A stretch of 64,000 nt of DNA from Callorhinchus milii. Lineage: Eukaryota. Shown here one piece after another: positions 40,217-53,436 of this stretch (position 1 is its first letter; every line of letters starts with the position of its first letter). The notes under the pieces are model-generated. The model worked only from the letters and a program-made list of their open reading frames with translations, had not been told where the DNA came from and did no database searches. The DNA is taken from NCBI RefSeq assembly GCF_018977255.1, contig NW_024704742.1, positions 28,336,001-28,400,000 on the forward strand, in the 5' to 3' direction. The translations under genes and the position numbers were made by a program.

Positions 40217-41384
40217 CTATCTCCCCCTACTCCACCCCGCAACACAGAGAAACGGTGATCATGTGAAGCATCATTTCCACCACAACTAATCCAATACATT
40301 TCATGGTTTGAGCCAAGGAATTTCATACACTGTTAGTCTCACTAACACACCACATGGCATTTTGAAGTGCACAGCGAACAGGGTAGTATGCTTGTTAATA
40401 TCTTCTAATGTCTTGTGCTAAAGGTTTGTGTTTTCAGTCTGTACAAATGATTTTCCTTTTCTTCTCCTCCTGATTAGCCATTATTATTTGTAATTTTGCA
40501 CCCTATTATTCCATCCTTTAGATGAGAACTCAAACTAATCTCAGTGAGAAGAAATCGCTTTTAATGAATCAACCTAAATGCTAGTCTATTATCTGATTAT
40601 GGCTTTATAATAGTTTATTTCAGAAAAGCAACTTGCAAGACCAGTGCTTCATTGAACAGATTTATTTATAAACTTGTGGCTGAATACAGTATTTTAAAGA
40701 CAAGTTCCGAGAGGACTGAGGCATTGTATTTTTTGTCATTAAAGACATCTAGGTATTAATTATCTTGCAAAATCTGAATTGTAAATACATTACTTATTAA
40801 TGAAACATTAAAAGTAAAAGATTAGGTTGCATAATTAAAATTTTAAATCTCATTTATCCTTCAGAAAAAAGGAAGGAGGATAAGCAGATTGTATTATTCA
40901 ACTCAATCATGACCAGCATCTATTTTGTTTTGTAGAAAAATATGAGTCCATGTTGAAAATCAATACTGCTGTTGTTTCAGTGAACCTGGAAGTTCCTGGA
41001 AATACTCATCTCGGGTGACCTTGTAATAAGCCATTTGAATGATACATTTCAATGATAGAGCAGCTGTAAGATTTTCATACCTTTAAACAAGCTTCACTGT
41101 TAATTCAGTAGAAGTGTGAGGAAGTTTGCTTGCATGCATTTTGTGTTGTGTGCAAAATTAATTTCCATGGAGTCAGCTGATGAACTGTTGAGGAGGAAAG
41201 CAACTGTGCGACAATATGAACTTCCCCATCAAAAGATCCTCAGAGCCGTAAGTGACCCAGACTGATTCCTTGATGCATTTTAATAGAAATAAGTCACATC
41301 AGCTAGCGCCTGTGGACAGCAAGTGGCATGACATTAAGATAAGACACCACAGGATGCTTACAATATCGAGGGGGTGGTCTAATT

Positions 41385-41615
41385 TAATAATAATCCTTGC
41401 ATTTGGTACAGTACCTTATCAGCTTGTTGTGACACCTCAAAGTACTTCACAAAATTTCTATGAAGTGTGCATTTCATAGCCAAACACGGCAGCCAATTTG
41501 TGCTCAGCAGTATTCCCCAAACCGCCATGAAGTGAATGATTGTTGCACAGGACACCAGGAAACTGCAGAAACTCTCTTTTCAAATAGCTTTTTGGGATCT
41601 TTAGCATCCACCTGT
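41385..41615 (-). mobile_element. Old Deu-SINE 3' part
   Basis: Tail, cggcagccaatttgtgc, caggacaccagga, gggatctttagcatccacctg. Confidence 0.7.
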
Positions 41616-41628
41616 ACAGACAAATTAA

Positions 41629-41815
41629 TATAATAATAATAATCCTAGTACCTAATCACATGGTTGAGACATCTCAAAGTGCTTTACAGAATATATTGTA
41701 AAGTGAATTGACTGTGGAGCAAGGAAACTTACCTAAGATTTCGCCCTGCCCGGGAATTGAACCTGGGTCCACCTGCTTGAGAGTCGAGTGCTCTTACTAC
41801 TATGCTACAGGATTC
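41629..41815 (-). mobile_element. tRNA-derived SINE with large internal deletion
   Basis: gtgaattgactgt joined directly to ggagcaaggaaactt; head and tail both present. Confidence 0.78.
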
Positions 41816-42484
41816 TGAACACCGGGGCCTTCAGGACACTGTTACAGTATTATTATACGACCCATTCGTCCATGTCTGTGGTTGTGCAGCTGTGCAATGC
41901 CAGTAAGCTTTGCCTCTGCATAATGCACTTTGGATATGCCAGCATATGGGTGGTTGATATATAAGCAATTGGTTTGTGCATGCTTGTACTTGGTGCTGTT
42001 CCCATTGATGTATTGTCATGCAGCCAGCTCGGCGTGCTGGAAATTTTGCTAAAGTTGGCAGCAGTGAAAATATGTCGACTATATTTGTCTTCAGATGCCA
42101 AAGATTGTAGCTTGAAGCTCATTGTCAGTTCTTTTTCTTGGAGAATGCTGTGGTTTCTTCCTTCTATAACTATCATTGTCAAACATTTCATGAAAAGTGT
42201 CATCTGCAGACCGAGCATGATTTATTCTTTTCCTTTTGCTTCACCTCAGTATTTTATGAAGCCAGGATTTTTTGTTTAAGTGTGTTGAGGTACACTCACT
42301 GCTTTACCAACCTGTATTGTGATTCTTATAGTGTAGCAGCCCCTTAATAATATTCTTGTACATTTTCAACAGCTACGAGGTGAAAAACGTAATGTTTCAT
42401 AACGGATCTGATCTAATATCACATTCTTCTCTTTTTTTCTCACATAAAAGTTGGATCTGAAGCTTACCACGATCATGATGTATT

Positions 42485-42745
42485 AATAATAATGCTTGCA
42501 TGTGATACAGTGCTTTATCACGCTATAGGAGCCTTCATAGCATTTTGCTGAACTCCAATTTATCTGGGGGATTATTGGCCAGAACACTGGAAGGAAACTC
42601 CCTTCCCTTTTCATATTGTATCATCGGATATTTAATGTGTAGGCAAACATAGCAGCCAATTTGTGCACAGCAATGTGCCATAAACAGACATGAAGTGGAT
42701 CAATCTTATCTCGGGGATTCTTGGCCAGGACACCAAGAGAAACTT
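42485..42745 (-). mobile_element. Decayed Deu-SINE fragments
   Basis: Tail at 42485, gcagccaatttgtgcacagcaatgt core, ttggccaggacacc. Confidence 0.6.
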
Positions 42746-43950
42746 CCATACTTCTAACACATGAGGAAACCCATCACCATGCTTTAGGGTATCTAAACCA
42801 AACTGAGTTCTAAACATCCCATCTTATTTGTTGGAGGTATGAATTTCACCAGTTTTAGCCTGAAGATGTTCATAGTGTTGTAATAAATTCTTAAATTCTG
42901 ATGTTTTTTGGAAATTATTTTTCCATAATTCTTACACATCAGATTGAAGTTTAGAATTTTCCAAATTTCCGTTTGATCTTACATTTTAAGGCAAAATGGT
43001 CTTGTAAGCTTGCAACAAACAGCACTGCATCACCACTTAAGTACATTGACGTTTGATGCTTTACACTTGAAATGTATTAATCACTGCCATCAGGCAGCTT
43101 CCTTTTTCCTACCCAACGTGACCTGTATTTTAAAAATATCCAAACACACATCCTGTTATTAGTCCTCGTGCATCTTGACATGGTTCGTTTTCTTGCAGTT
43201 TAATGATCTGTTTACACTAGATCTTGCATTGGTGGAATTACATCTTTCAACAACTAGCAATGTTTTGCACACCCAAGTTTCGGAAAGACACAGAGAGTTT
43301 GGAATTTGCGAATTAGATAAACCAGTCCATGCTGATTCAGAGTAAAGAGATCAGTGTGATTGCACATTACCTGCTGTTGAGTCTAATGTCAACAGGGCAC
43401 CAGAGGCTTAGCTGTGAACTTAGATCACTTTCCAGTTCAAAAAAATAATTTCAGAGCACAGATCCAGTTAATTGTCAAACTTTGTCGCACCACAAGTTAC
43501 ACATTTTACAGCGAGGAATAGGAATAACTGTCTAAGGACCTACATTTCAGATAGTCATCACATTTTAATAAGGAAGACCTATTTTAATCCTCCTAAAGTA
43601 ATCTGCAAACACAGGAACTGACTTAAATGGTTAAAATACAATATTTAATGAGGATACAGGGTAGTTTTTGCACCGGAACTTGAGATAAAGAGCTGATTAG
43701 TAGTACAAGGTTCTAGCTTGCTTTAACCAAAGTGGAACATATTCAGTCATATACCATTGTATTTAACAGCTGGTTTTCGGTGGTACTTTTATGCTTTTGT
43801 CAGCGAATATATTTCTTCCACTTTTGAGGAGACTTTGTACTTCAAACTTAACTTATTTGTTATTATTTTTATTACTGACTAAGGATTTTGTATCTGTTCT
43901 TCTAGTGTTCCCAGAAGGTTTACAGCACAGAATGAGCCTATTCAGTATTA

Positions 43951-44265
43951 GTGGAGTCCTGTAGCTCAGTGGTTAGAGCACTCGCTTTGCAAGCGAGAGA
44001 CCTGAGTTCAATTCCAGACAGAGGGCGAAACCTTGGGCAAGTTTCCTTACTCCACACAGAGCCTAATAATAATCCCTCCAAAACTAAAAACAATAATAAA
44101 TTGGTCATTTTCAATCTACGACTGTTTGTGGGACATTGCTGTGCGCAATTGGCTGCTGCGTTCACCCACAAATATACAGACAATTCACTTTACAGTGTGA
44201 AGCGCTTTGGGACGTCCTCCCGACATGAAAAGCGCTATATCAAATGCAAGGATTATTATTATTAT
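43951..44265 (+). mobile_element. Young full-length tRNA(Ala)-derived SINE, short subfamily
   Basis: A-box tagctcagtgg, anticodon-like arm ctcgc-tttgcaa-gcgag, B-box gttcaattcc, Deu core, L2-like tail and (ATT)n; near-identical to copies at 48212, 53103 and 54267. Confidence 0.95.
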
Positions 44266-45399
44266 AGTGTTTCTGTGCTGGATGATGTTAATATGGATTA
44301 CCAGACAGACTGAGTCTTTGGTTTCACATAATCCTTGACCTATGAATAAGTGAACTGGTCTCCAAATTTATGTTTGGTTCAGCTGAATTTGCCAGTTTGG
44401 TGAGCTGGTAGTAGCAGAACTGTGCCGACTAACTCTGTTGTATGTGATATCCTAAACACACAAACACATACACCACAATATATCCATACAAGAGACACCA
44501 CACACACCCTACACACATACACATGCCACACAGTGTGTTTGTGAGGAGAGATGAGACATTGCCACAGAGGGAAAACTTGAGTTGACCTAAGCTTCATTCA
44601 CCTAACTTTAGGTTGGAGACTCCCATTGGCATCAAATATTTGACCGATCTCAAGGAATGCTATGTGAGTGGAGAAACCTACAGATTGAAAATAAAAATCA
44701 ATTCTCACCATTGCATCATATCAAAAAGAGGCGAGCCATTGACATTATCTTGGAGCCAGAGATATAAATTGAAGATTGCCTCAATGCTGATGTTTCCCCT
44801 CCCCCCCTCAATGTAGGTTACAATTGATCTTTACAGCTAAAAACGAAACGTTCTCAATTCATAAAAGTGGGCCAATTGAGCACATCAAATTTTGAATGAT
44901 AGCTTTATAGACAGCACTAATCTTGATAAGCAGGCTTTGCGCTGGCGCTGGGAATATCAAATGGCAATAGAAGCACTTACCATTCAATGCCTTAATCAGT
45001 TGGAGGTCCCTATTCGAGTATAAAACCAAAGTAATCAGCAGCCAATTCGATGCAATTTGTAACGTATTCCCAGAATGCTAGAAAAGACACTAAACCCAGT
45101 TCTTCACCTGACACTATTAAATTGGCCCATTTCAGATTATTTGAAAAAGCGCAAAAGGTATCCAATTTGGACCACTTGGTGTTTCGGATGCAACAACAAT
45201 ACCTTGTGCTTATTTCGCACCTTTCACATCAGATGAACATTTCCAAGCTTTTCACGGGTGACAGAAGGCACTGAGCAGTGGGGAAAAGAAGGAGAATGCA
45301 GGAGTGTTGATGAAACAAATGTTCTATGTATAGGGTTTTTAACAGCATTTGGAAAATAGGGAAAAGAGGAGCAAGCCAAAGGGATTTTGACCAGTGATC

Positions 45400-45670
45400 A
45401 ATGGCCTTCTTCATGTCACCCACCCATTCCACCCCACTATTGACAAGCGGGCTTTCAGCCATTCTGCCTTCACTCTCTGGAACTCCATCCTATATTCCCT
45501 CTGACACGCTCCTTCCCTCCCCTAGTTCAAAGTACGTATCTAAACATACCACGTTGACTTTGCTTTCAGCTTTCTTTATCCTCCCCATCCCTCTTGGCTC
45601 CCATCCACAGCTCTGGTGTCCAGGCAGCAATATCCAGCACTTTGAGACATCCTCTCGAAATGACAAGTGC
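45400..45670 (+). mobile_element. L2 3' terminal segment, inverted relative to the adjoining L2
   Basis: ggccttcttcatgtc (GLLHV), gctttcagccattctgcc...ctctggaactcc, gcactttgagacatcctctcgaaatg. Confidence 0.8.
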
Positions 45671-46165
45671 GCGGAGCATGGATGGGAGAATGAGTTGGAG
45701 GAGATAGATTAGTTTAAGTGGGGCAAGACAATGCAGGGATTGGAAAGTGAGGATGAGGATCCTAAAGTCAATCGTGTGGGAGCCTTGGAAGGAAGTTAAT
45801 CGGTGTGTGGAACCTAATGTGGGACAGGATGCAGTTTTGGATGAGTTGGAGGTTGTGGAGAGTGGAACTAGTGGCCACGAGGAGAGATGTAGGCAAAATC
45901 TCTAACCACAAAGGCACGGATGAGAGGTTCAACTGCAGGGGAAGTGAGATGGGAACACAAACAAGCAGTGTCCTTGAGATAGAAGAGAACATCCCCCAAC
46001 CCCCAATTATTGAATCTAGTGTTTGGAGCAGAGCTGGAGTCAAACAGACGATACATGCAGGCTCAGTAAAGTGAGCAACTAGGTTCATCGATCCCACAGA
46101 CAAGAAGGCTCTGGTACGAGCCGAATAGAATGGCTTCAGTTTTGCTCATTTCAGATGGAAAATCA
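45668..46165 (-). mobile_element. L2 internal segment
   Basis: rc encodes EPLIRAFV, LHNLQLIQN and IDFRILILTFQSLH-like motifs. Confidence 0.8.
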
Positions 46166-48211
46166 TTCCAAATTGCGCAGATCTTTAAGAATAAAACAGG
46201 CATTTGCTGTCATTTCTGTGTGTCATTTTTATGGTGTGTATATGCAGAGGAATTTGTACTTAGCTATCAGGAAAGAGTGCAATGAGTGCAGTCACCTGGT
46301 GGGTAAGATATCTCTTGGTTCATAATGGAATGAAAATTTATTGGTTCAGTCTAACTGAAAGTGTTTCAAATAAGGAGCGATTAAAACCAAAAAGATCTTG
46401 TTGGTTCTGTCAGTTTTGACTAGAATTGAGTTCTAACTCTGGAGATGAAGGGACATTCTGCTTAACCCAATGCACTCTCCAGTCTTACCCAGATCAGGAT
46501 AGCCCTTCTCCTGATTCTTTCTATTGATTTGAATCAGTGTTGCAACAATCCTCTGGGAAGTAATCACTGGAATTGAAATCAGAATCCAAATTGGACATAA
46601 TTTGTATGATTTTTGGCCTCTCACAGAATCAACAATTTTCAATAATTGTTTATTCTAAATAAAAAAATTGGAGGACTGCGAGAATGCATTTTAATATTTT
46701 AGATTTTTCTAAACAAACTGTCAAAAACTGAGCTGTGCCGAGAAGAGATCAAGCACGTTTTCTTTTCTCTCTCTCCCAGTCCACAGAGTTGTGACAGTAT
46801 GAATTCTGAAACTACTTACCAAATGCATGATTTATTTTTAATTGCTTTTGATGTTCTTGTCCTTTCACAGCACTTAAAAGGTGAAATGAAAATTGAAACA
46901 GTGTTCCCTCCTGGGCCAGCCAACAGAACGGCCAGGAAAAGCACTTGTGTTTGCTGCAGCTGAATTGTTTTTTTAAAAAATGTAAAAAAGCACAATGTTT
47001 AAATTGGAATGAACGAGCAATTTGTTTTATCGATTAAGGGCCTGAAGGTAATAATAGTATTCACAAAACACATGCTGATAATGAGTCAACACTGCAGTTG
47101 GGGCTCGTGCCAGAGACATACATACATTGCATTGAAATCCAGTTTCTTAGTTTACAAATGAACCATATAGTATTATTTCATTCGGCTACTTACAGCCCCA
47201 TTCCTAAACTGGGACTCCTTTCTAGCCAGTAGCATTTCTGCCTGTCTATATTGTCTTGTATACCAGGTAAACACTGTCAATTCACTCACATCCAATGGTG
47301 TTTAGCTTGCTATGTTTCAGACAATTTTCCGCTGCTTTTATAGTCCAGCTTTGACAGAAGAGGCAGGCGATGAAAAGCATCCAATTTGCTGCCTCTGTCC
47401 TTACCAAGGCCTGGCTTAGAGTTAGATCAGCTTGTACATCTGCAGTTACTTTGCTCCGTCCCCTAAATCCACCCTACTGTCCTTCCATCGCAACACCACA
47501 CTTTTTTTAATGAGGGAAAGAAACATTACCCGGTGTCTGTCCTAAAATTGTCCTTTGCAGCTCTAAACCTAGGTCCCTTTGTCCTACTGTCTTGGTGCTT
47601 CCATTTCAGTAGAGGCGACTGTGAAAATAAAATAATAAAAGAGTTAATATGTGCACAACGACCCTTCCAATGTCATTGAGCTACTCATCTTTACTTTTCG
47701 TATCTATATTCTGGTAACTGTTTTCCCCATAATTTGCAGGAATGTGAATGTCAACTGTATGAGTTGAGGTGTACGTCGATTCGGAGTGTCTCTATTGGCT
47801 CTTATTTAAATTCAGTTACCCTGCGTGAGTTAGTTTCACCGAAGGGACCCGCAGTGGTGAAGCATTCCATTTTAAGGAGGGTGGGGATGGTAGGGTCAGA
47901 ATAAAAATCACCTGGGAGAGCTGCGCTGATTTTGAAACAAATCATGTGTTAGCTGATAGAGAGTGACATTGACAGCAGTTGAATGAGAGTAGCTTAGACA
48001 CGAGAAGTCAGTGAAATTGCACATGGGCTAAACAATATTTTTGTTTTGAGGGAAAATTGATTTATATTTGTAACAGATTCAATGCAATAATTGCCTGGTA
48101 TGAAACTGATATTTCAGTCGCTAATTATCAACTGCTTTTCAGCTCTAAACACAACTGCCAGATTTTTGAGATGAGGACTTTGGACTGAAGCCTCCAGTTA
48201 GTTAGCCTCTC

Positions 48212-48545
48212 GGAGTCCTGTAGCTCAGTGGTTAGAGCACTCGCTTTGCAAGTGAGAGACCTGAGTTCAATTCCAGGCAGAGGGCGAAACCTTGGGCAAG
48301 TTTCCTTACTCCACACAGAGCCTAATAATAATAATCCCTCCAAAAAACGAAAAACAATAATTAAATTGGTCATTTTCAATCTACGACTGTTTGTGGGACA
48401 TTGCTGTGCGCAATTGGCTGCCGCGTTCGCCCACAAATATACAGTCAATTCACTTTACAGTGTGTTCTGTGAAGCGCTTTGGGACGTCCTCCCGACGTGA
48501 AAAGCGCTATATCAAATGCAAGGATTATTATTATTATATTATTAT
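48212..48545 (+). mobile_element. Young full-length SINE, short subfamily
   Basis: Near-identical to the copy at 43951. Confidence 0.95.
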
Positions 48546-49588
48546 AGTTGGAAGATTTCCATGCTCTGTTTGTGGAAAGTGGCACATTTGATGATTCCAA
48601 ACTTATTGTATTCTGTAAAAGCATCTTAAGGTGCTCGGTGGAAGTTACTAAAATGATAAGATATCAGCTGCTCTCATCAGTGAAAGAGGGCAGGAAGATG
48701 GTTCAAAAGGTTCTGTAGATCAAAACAGATGTTTTTTTTTCAAGATCAATATTACTAACATTTCGATAACAAAGACTATTAATAAAGCAAATGGGGAGAG
48801 TGAGATGGCAGTGGGGTCTGCTTGGTGTTATACTGAGAGCTGTACAGACTGAGAAAGTCTCGGGTTCAATACTTCATCTGGGCTGAGTAAGCAAATTCTA
48901 GCCGGAGAAAGAAAAAAATGCATTTTGAAAGCAGTGGCAAATCTTTTGCATTGCTCTCTAAACTGACCCCATGTTTTGGGTGAGATTTGACAAAAACGAC
49001 TGATGACATTGCACCCTGAGGCTCTACAATCACATCTGTTATTGTGTATCTCAAATTATACGTACTTCCATCAGCACAACCCCTCTTGTCACTGTCTTCC
49101 CGCTTTTCATCCCCTTCCCCCTGCCTCCCCAAGGAAATTTCTTGTGACGGCAAATGAAATCCTGAATTCCTGGGTGTGGGTGTAGTTTGGGGCAGTCTGC
49201 TGTTTCCAGTAAGTGCATTGCACCGAAGCTGCAGCTTTGTGGACAGTTAGCTTTGCTGTTTGTTCACAGTCTGTTTGGCTGCAGGGAGCACACATCAGGA
49301 GCAATTGGTCTTTCCAGTAGATCTTTTCCAATTTTTATTGTAGAAAAAGGTTCTCCTTGCAGCGACTGTACTCTTCTATAAATTAAAGAGAAGAATCAAG
49401 CTGTCAGGAGCTGTTTTTTGTTAAAATATCAGGCAGTTAACAAAAATAACCTGAATATTGTGAACACTTTCATATTTCTATTTAGTTTGATTTCTTTGAA
49501 ATGTTTATTTGAGAAAAGAGGGGGGGTGGGGTGGTGTTGAGAATAAACAGTGGTTTTGTGTTCAAGGTGCCCACAAAATAATCGTTCT

Positions 49589-49790
49589 GTTCAGCTACAA
49601 AATATAGTCACGATACTTCACAGTATATTCCTGTGAAATGCCTTATCGCGTTGGCAAGACATCTCAAAGTGCTTCATAGGAATGTACTGTGATGTGTATG
49701 ACTATTATTTTGTAGGCGAACCATGCAGCCAATTTGCACACAGCAATCCAATGTCCCCCAAGCAGCCATTAAGTGGGTGACCCATTATAT
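49589..49790. mobile_element. Deu-SINE remnant arranged as a fold-back
   Basis: Arms 49589-49637 and 49673-49721 are reverse complements; minus-strand core continues to ~49790. Confidence 0.65.
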
Positions 49791-50388
49791 GTGGGGGATC
49801 ATTTGCCAGAACAATGAAGCAGGCAGGGATATACAAGACTTGTCCATCTAACATAGGTCAGGGCTCCAGCCTTCCACACATGGTAGAATAATGTGTCGCT
49901 TGCTAAACATATGATATATTAACGAATGTCAGGGACAGTCCAGGTGACGTATTGCCTTAAAGTTACTTCACGATTCTCTCCGTATAAGAGAACGAAACAG
50001 TATATATTTTCACAGTGTTCTGACAGTGAGGGACAGTCTTTCAATTCATATCTTGTAAAGAAAAAAAATAGCAGACTGGGAACAAAGGCATTGCGTGGGC
50101 AGCTTTGAGCTGCTGGATACAGCACTTATTTGTGCACAAAAGCGGAACACCTATTGCGCCCAGCAGCAGGTCAAGGGGAAAATTGCAGAACCGGGCAGAG
50201 GATGCAATCGTCTGGCCTGGTTCCAGTCGGCATGCCACGTTCACAGTACTCTCGTTTTTTACTCTTCCCCACTGTTTGCATTACAGCAAAGACTGAATAT
50301 TTTTTCTTTGTGTGGGAGAGAAGATTGAGACTTTTTTTAAACTGACCAATGCACCTTCCATTTACCAAGAGCCTTCCCTTTCATAAAC

Positions 50389-50620
50389 TACAACATCAAC
50401 AACTTACATTTATATAGCACTGTTCACACAGGGTAGCGTCCCAGAGCGCTTGACAGTGGTGGAGTCTGACAACGAGCCAGGGGGAGAGGTAGTCATAAGC
50501 ACGATCAAAATGAAAGGTCTTTAGGCCGGATTTGAAAGTGGGGAGAGAAGGGGCATGGCAGAGGGATTGAGGGAGAGTTCCAGAGCTTTGGGTCGTCGTG
50601 GCTAAAGACACGGCCACAGA
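50389..50620 (-). mobile_element. L2 3' fragment
   Basis: LPQSLCHAPSLPTFKSGLKTFHFDRAY; tail rc gctctgggacgctaccctgtgtgaacagtgctatataaatgtaagttg. Confidence 0.85.
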
Positions 50621-50629
50621 TAGTCTCTT

Positions 50630-50810
50630 GGACAGGCAGACGGGACCCCGGTTTAATATCTCACCCGAAGGACCGCACCTCCAACAATACAACACAACCC
50701 CAGCATTGTATTGGAGTGTCATCTTAGATTTTTAATTCGAAACCCAATTTCGTGCTTGAACCCACAACTTCTGACTCAGAAGCGAGAGTTCTACCAACAA
50801 AGGCGGACTG
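50630..50810 (-). mobile_element. SacSINE1-like SINE 5' half
   Basis: rc ctctcgcttctgagtcagaagttgtgggttcaag...gagatattaaaccggggtcccgtctgcc. Confidence 0.8.
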
Positions 50811-52096
50811 ACATTTTGCAAGGAAATTGAAAGAATTTACTTAAAAAAACATTGACTATTGCTTCACTGAGCAGACAAAATATTTTAGTGAACGTTTTTA
50901 AACACAGTATATTCATTTCATTCAGACACTACCTCACCCTTTGTTAAAAATGCCAGCAGGACATTTTGCACAGAGAATGAGAGACACTTCTTGGTGAATT
51001 GCAGGAAAAGTAATCCAGCTGCTGGGTTTAGGTGATGTCATGCACTACAAGACCTAAAATGGAGCACTCAGTTTAACATTTTCACCCCGAGATTCAAGGC
51101 AAGGCTCATCAAGAGATCTGATATTAGTGTTAATTTATATTGAATAATCAACTTTTCATGTGAAATACACTATGTTTATTTTCATGAAAACACTGTTAAT
51201 TGACAGCAGGCAGCTACTTTCATGTTGCGGTTTTCTGATCCCTTTGTAGTGCCATTTGATGTGAAACCTCAAGGAATGTGAGCTTTCTGATGTGGCAATG
51301 CACAGAAAACAGAGTTTGGTGCAGCACTATCAGATTCTGCTGGTTTCTCAGGGCATGTTCTAAAGATGTAACTGCATTGTGCACGGATAAAGCACTGAAA
51401 GAAGCACTGAGACAATACCAAACTTGAGTCTTACATATGACCTCAGTCCAAATGCACCACAAAGAGCAAGTTGGGGAGTCTTTTTAATGTCATTAGCAAG
51501 TGATTGAGTGCAGTGCTGAAACTTTAAAGAAATGCAAACACAGACAAGGGCAGGTGCTTTGACTTAACAAGTGAGTTTAATTGGTGTATTTTATTAAAAA
51601 ACACCAGAGCAGCATTTTACGCAGGGCAAGTTCTATTTGTAACTGATTGTCTTTAGATTGTCAGGATTTAATGAATGTGTTGTAGATTGGAATTGCTGAT
51701 TAGCAATTCAGGATTTCCAAAGAAGGGAGCTTCAGATACAACTGAGCTGCACGAGGGCTCTCCGTTACGATGTTCTTCTGAAGGTGAAAAGGATTATCTA
51801 TTGTCAAGAGATATAGGTGAAATTTGCCCACTGTGCCTCCATGAAATCCTTTACAACATTACAGCAGTTGACTTTAGAGTGTAGATTTTACTGTATGTCC
51901 TTCGGATGAGATGTCAAACCGAGGTCCCATTTGCCGTTTAGGTAGACGTTAATGCTTTATGACAATGAAGAAATATTCAATCAAGAAAATATATTTTATT
52001 GGCTGACCAAAAACGTTGCTACATTTAATCCCCATGGTTAGAATCCCAAACTTGAAAATGTGCAATGTGAACATGTATTTAAAAATGTGATATTCA

Positions 52097-52500
52097 GTGG
52101 AGTCTTGTAGCATAAGGTGCTGTATCAAATGCAAGGATTATTTTTATTATTATATTGGTTAGGGCACTCACCTCGCAAATGAGAGGACCCGGGTTTGATT
52201 CCCGGGCAGGACGAAAATTTAGTCAAGTTTCCTTCACTTCACATGGCACTATTCACCAAGCAATAAGTTGGAATCAATTGTTAGTCGATTGGTGGATCAT
52301 TTCCTGGGGGTAATAATCCTTTAAAGAAAATTCATAAAAAAATATATATATGGTCAATCAATCCATGACTGTTTGTTGGATACTGCTGTGCGCAATTGGC
52401 TGCCGTGTTTTGTCCACAAAATTTAAAGAATATTTTGTGAAGCACTTTGAGATGTTTCGAAGATGTGATTAGGCACTCTATCAAATACACAAATAATTAC
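52097..52500 (+). mobile_element. tRNA-derived SINE, long subfamily, head interrupted by a SINE tail (52112-52153)
   Basis: gtggagtcttgtagc|ataaggtgctgtatcaaatgcaaggatt...|attggttagggcactc, then the rest of the element. Confidence 0.85.
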
Positions 52501-53102
52501 AACAGTAAAACTTCCAGTACCTCCCGCTGCCAATATACATATTTGTCTTTTGCTGCCATACAAAATCAGTACCATTGTTCATTTCAGGTCCAATGTTATT
52601 CTGACCTCTACTGGCACTCACAATGCTTGGAGAGATGCCATCCTGTGTGAAGGGTACTAGGTAAATACAAGCCGTTGTTGTATTATCCAGTTGCCAAAGC
52701 ACAAATTCTGCTTTGCCATAGCCTGTAAGACCAAGTAATCTTAAAATTTAACATTGTGTAGATATTCGAAAAGTTCTTAAATTCACTCTTAATTTGCAAG
52801 ATGGTTCTTAAGATCTCCAAAATTAGACTGGGTTTAAAAAATTTCCAAATGGATTTCATAGACTAATATTAGATGGAGTTTTAGACCTCGGATGTAGTTC
52901 ATAATCTTCAACAAAGGGTTAAAAATGGCATCTGAAGGGCATGCTTCAAGAAATAAGGCAAGATTCAAGCCAGTAAATATCTTCAGTTTCTGATAACATT
53001 ACAAACCCATTGGAAACCCTTGTTAGTGTTTGTCTTTGGACCCTCTGAATTTCTTGACTCCAATGTATCTCACTGCCAGTCATCCATCATCCATTATACT
53101 AT

Positions 53103-53436
53103 ATAATAATAATAATAATAATAATAATCCTTGCATTTGATATAGCGCTTTTCACGTCGGGAGGACGTCCCAAAGCGCTTCACAGAATAGACTGTAAAGT
53201 GAATTGACTGTATATTTGTGGGCAAACGCGGCAGCCAATTGCGCACAGCAATGTCCCACAAACAGTCGTAGATTGAAAATGACCAATTTATTATTGTTTT
53301 TGGTTTTGGAGGGATTATTATTAGGCGTGTGGAGTAAGGAAACTTGCCCAAGGTTTCGCCCTGACCTGCCTGGAATTGAACTCAGGTCTCTCACTTGCAA
53401 AGCGAGTGCTCTAACCACTGAGCTACAGAACTCCAC
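53103..53436 (-). mobile_element. Young full-length SINE, short subfamily
   Basis: Reverse complement near-identical to 48212; long (AAT)n tail. Confidence 0.95.

Noticed and set aside
41830..42280. Overlapping ~100-120-aa ORFs on both strands
   Set aside because: No motif or exon structure recognised; may be a decayed element but cannot be supported.
43951..44025. tRNA-Ala(TGC)-like gene (also at 48212, 53436, 54267)
   Set aside because: Has A/B boxes and an anticodon-like arm, but no 3' acceptor strand, and it continues into the SINE body.
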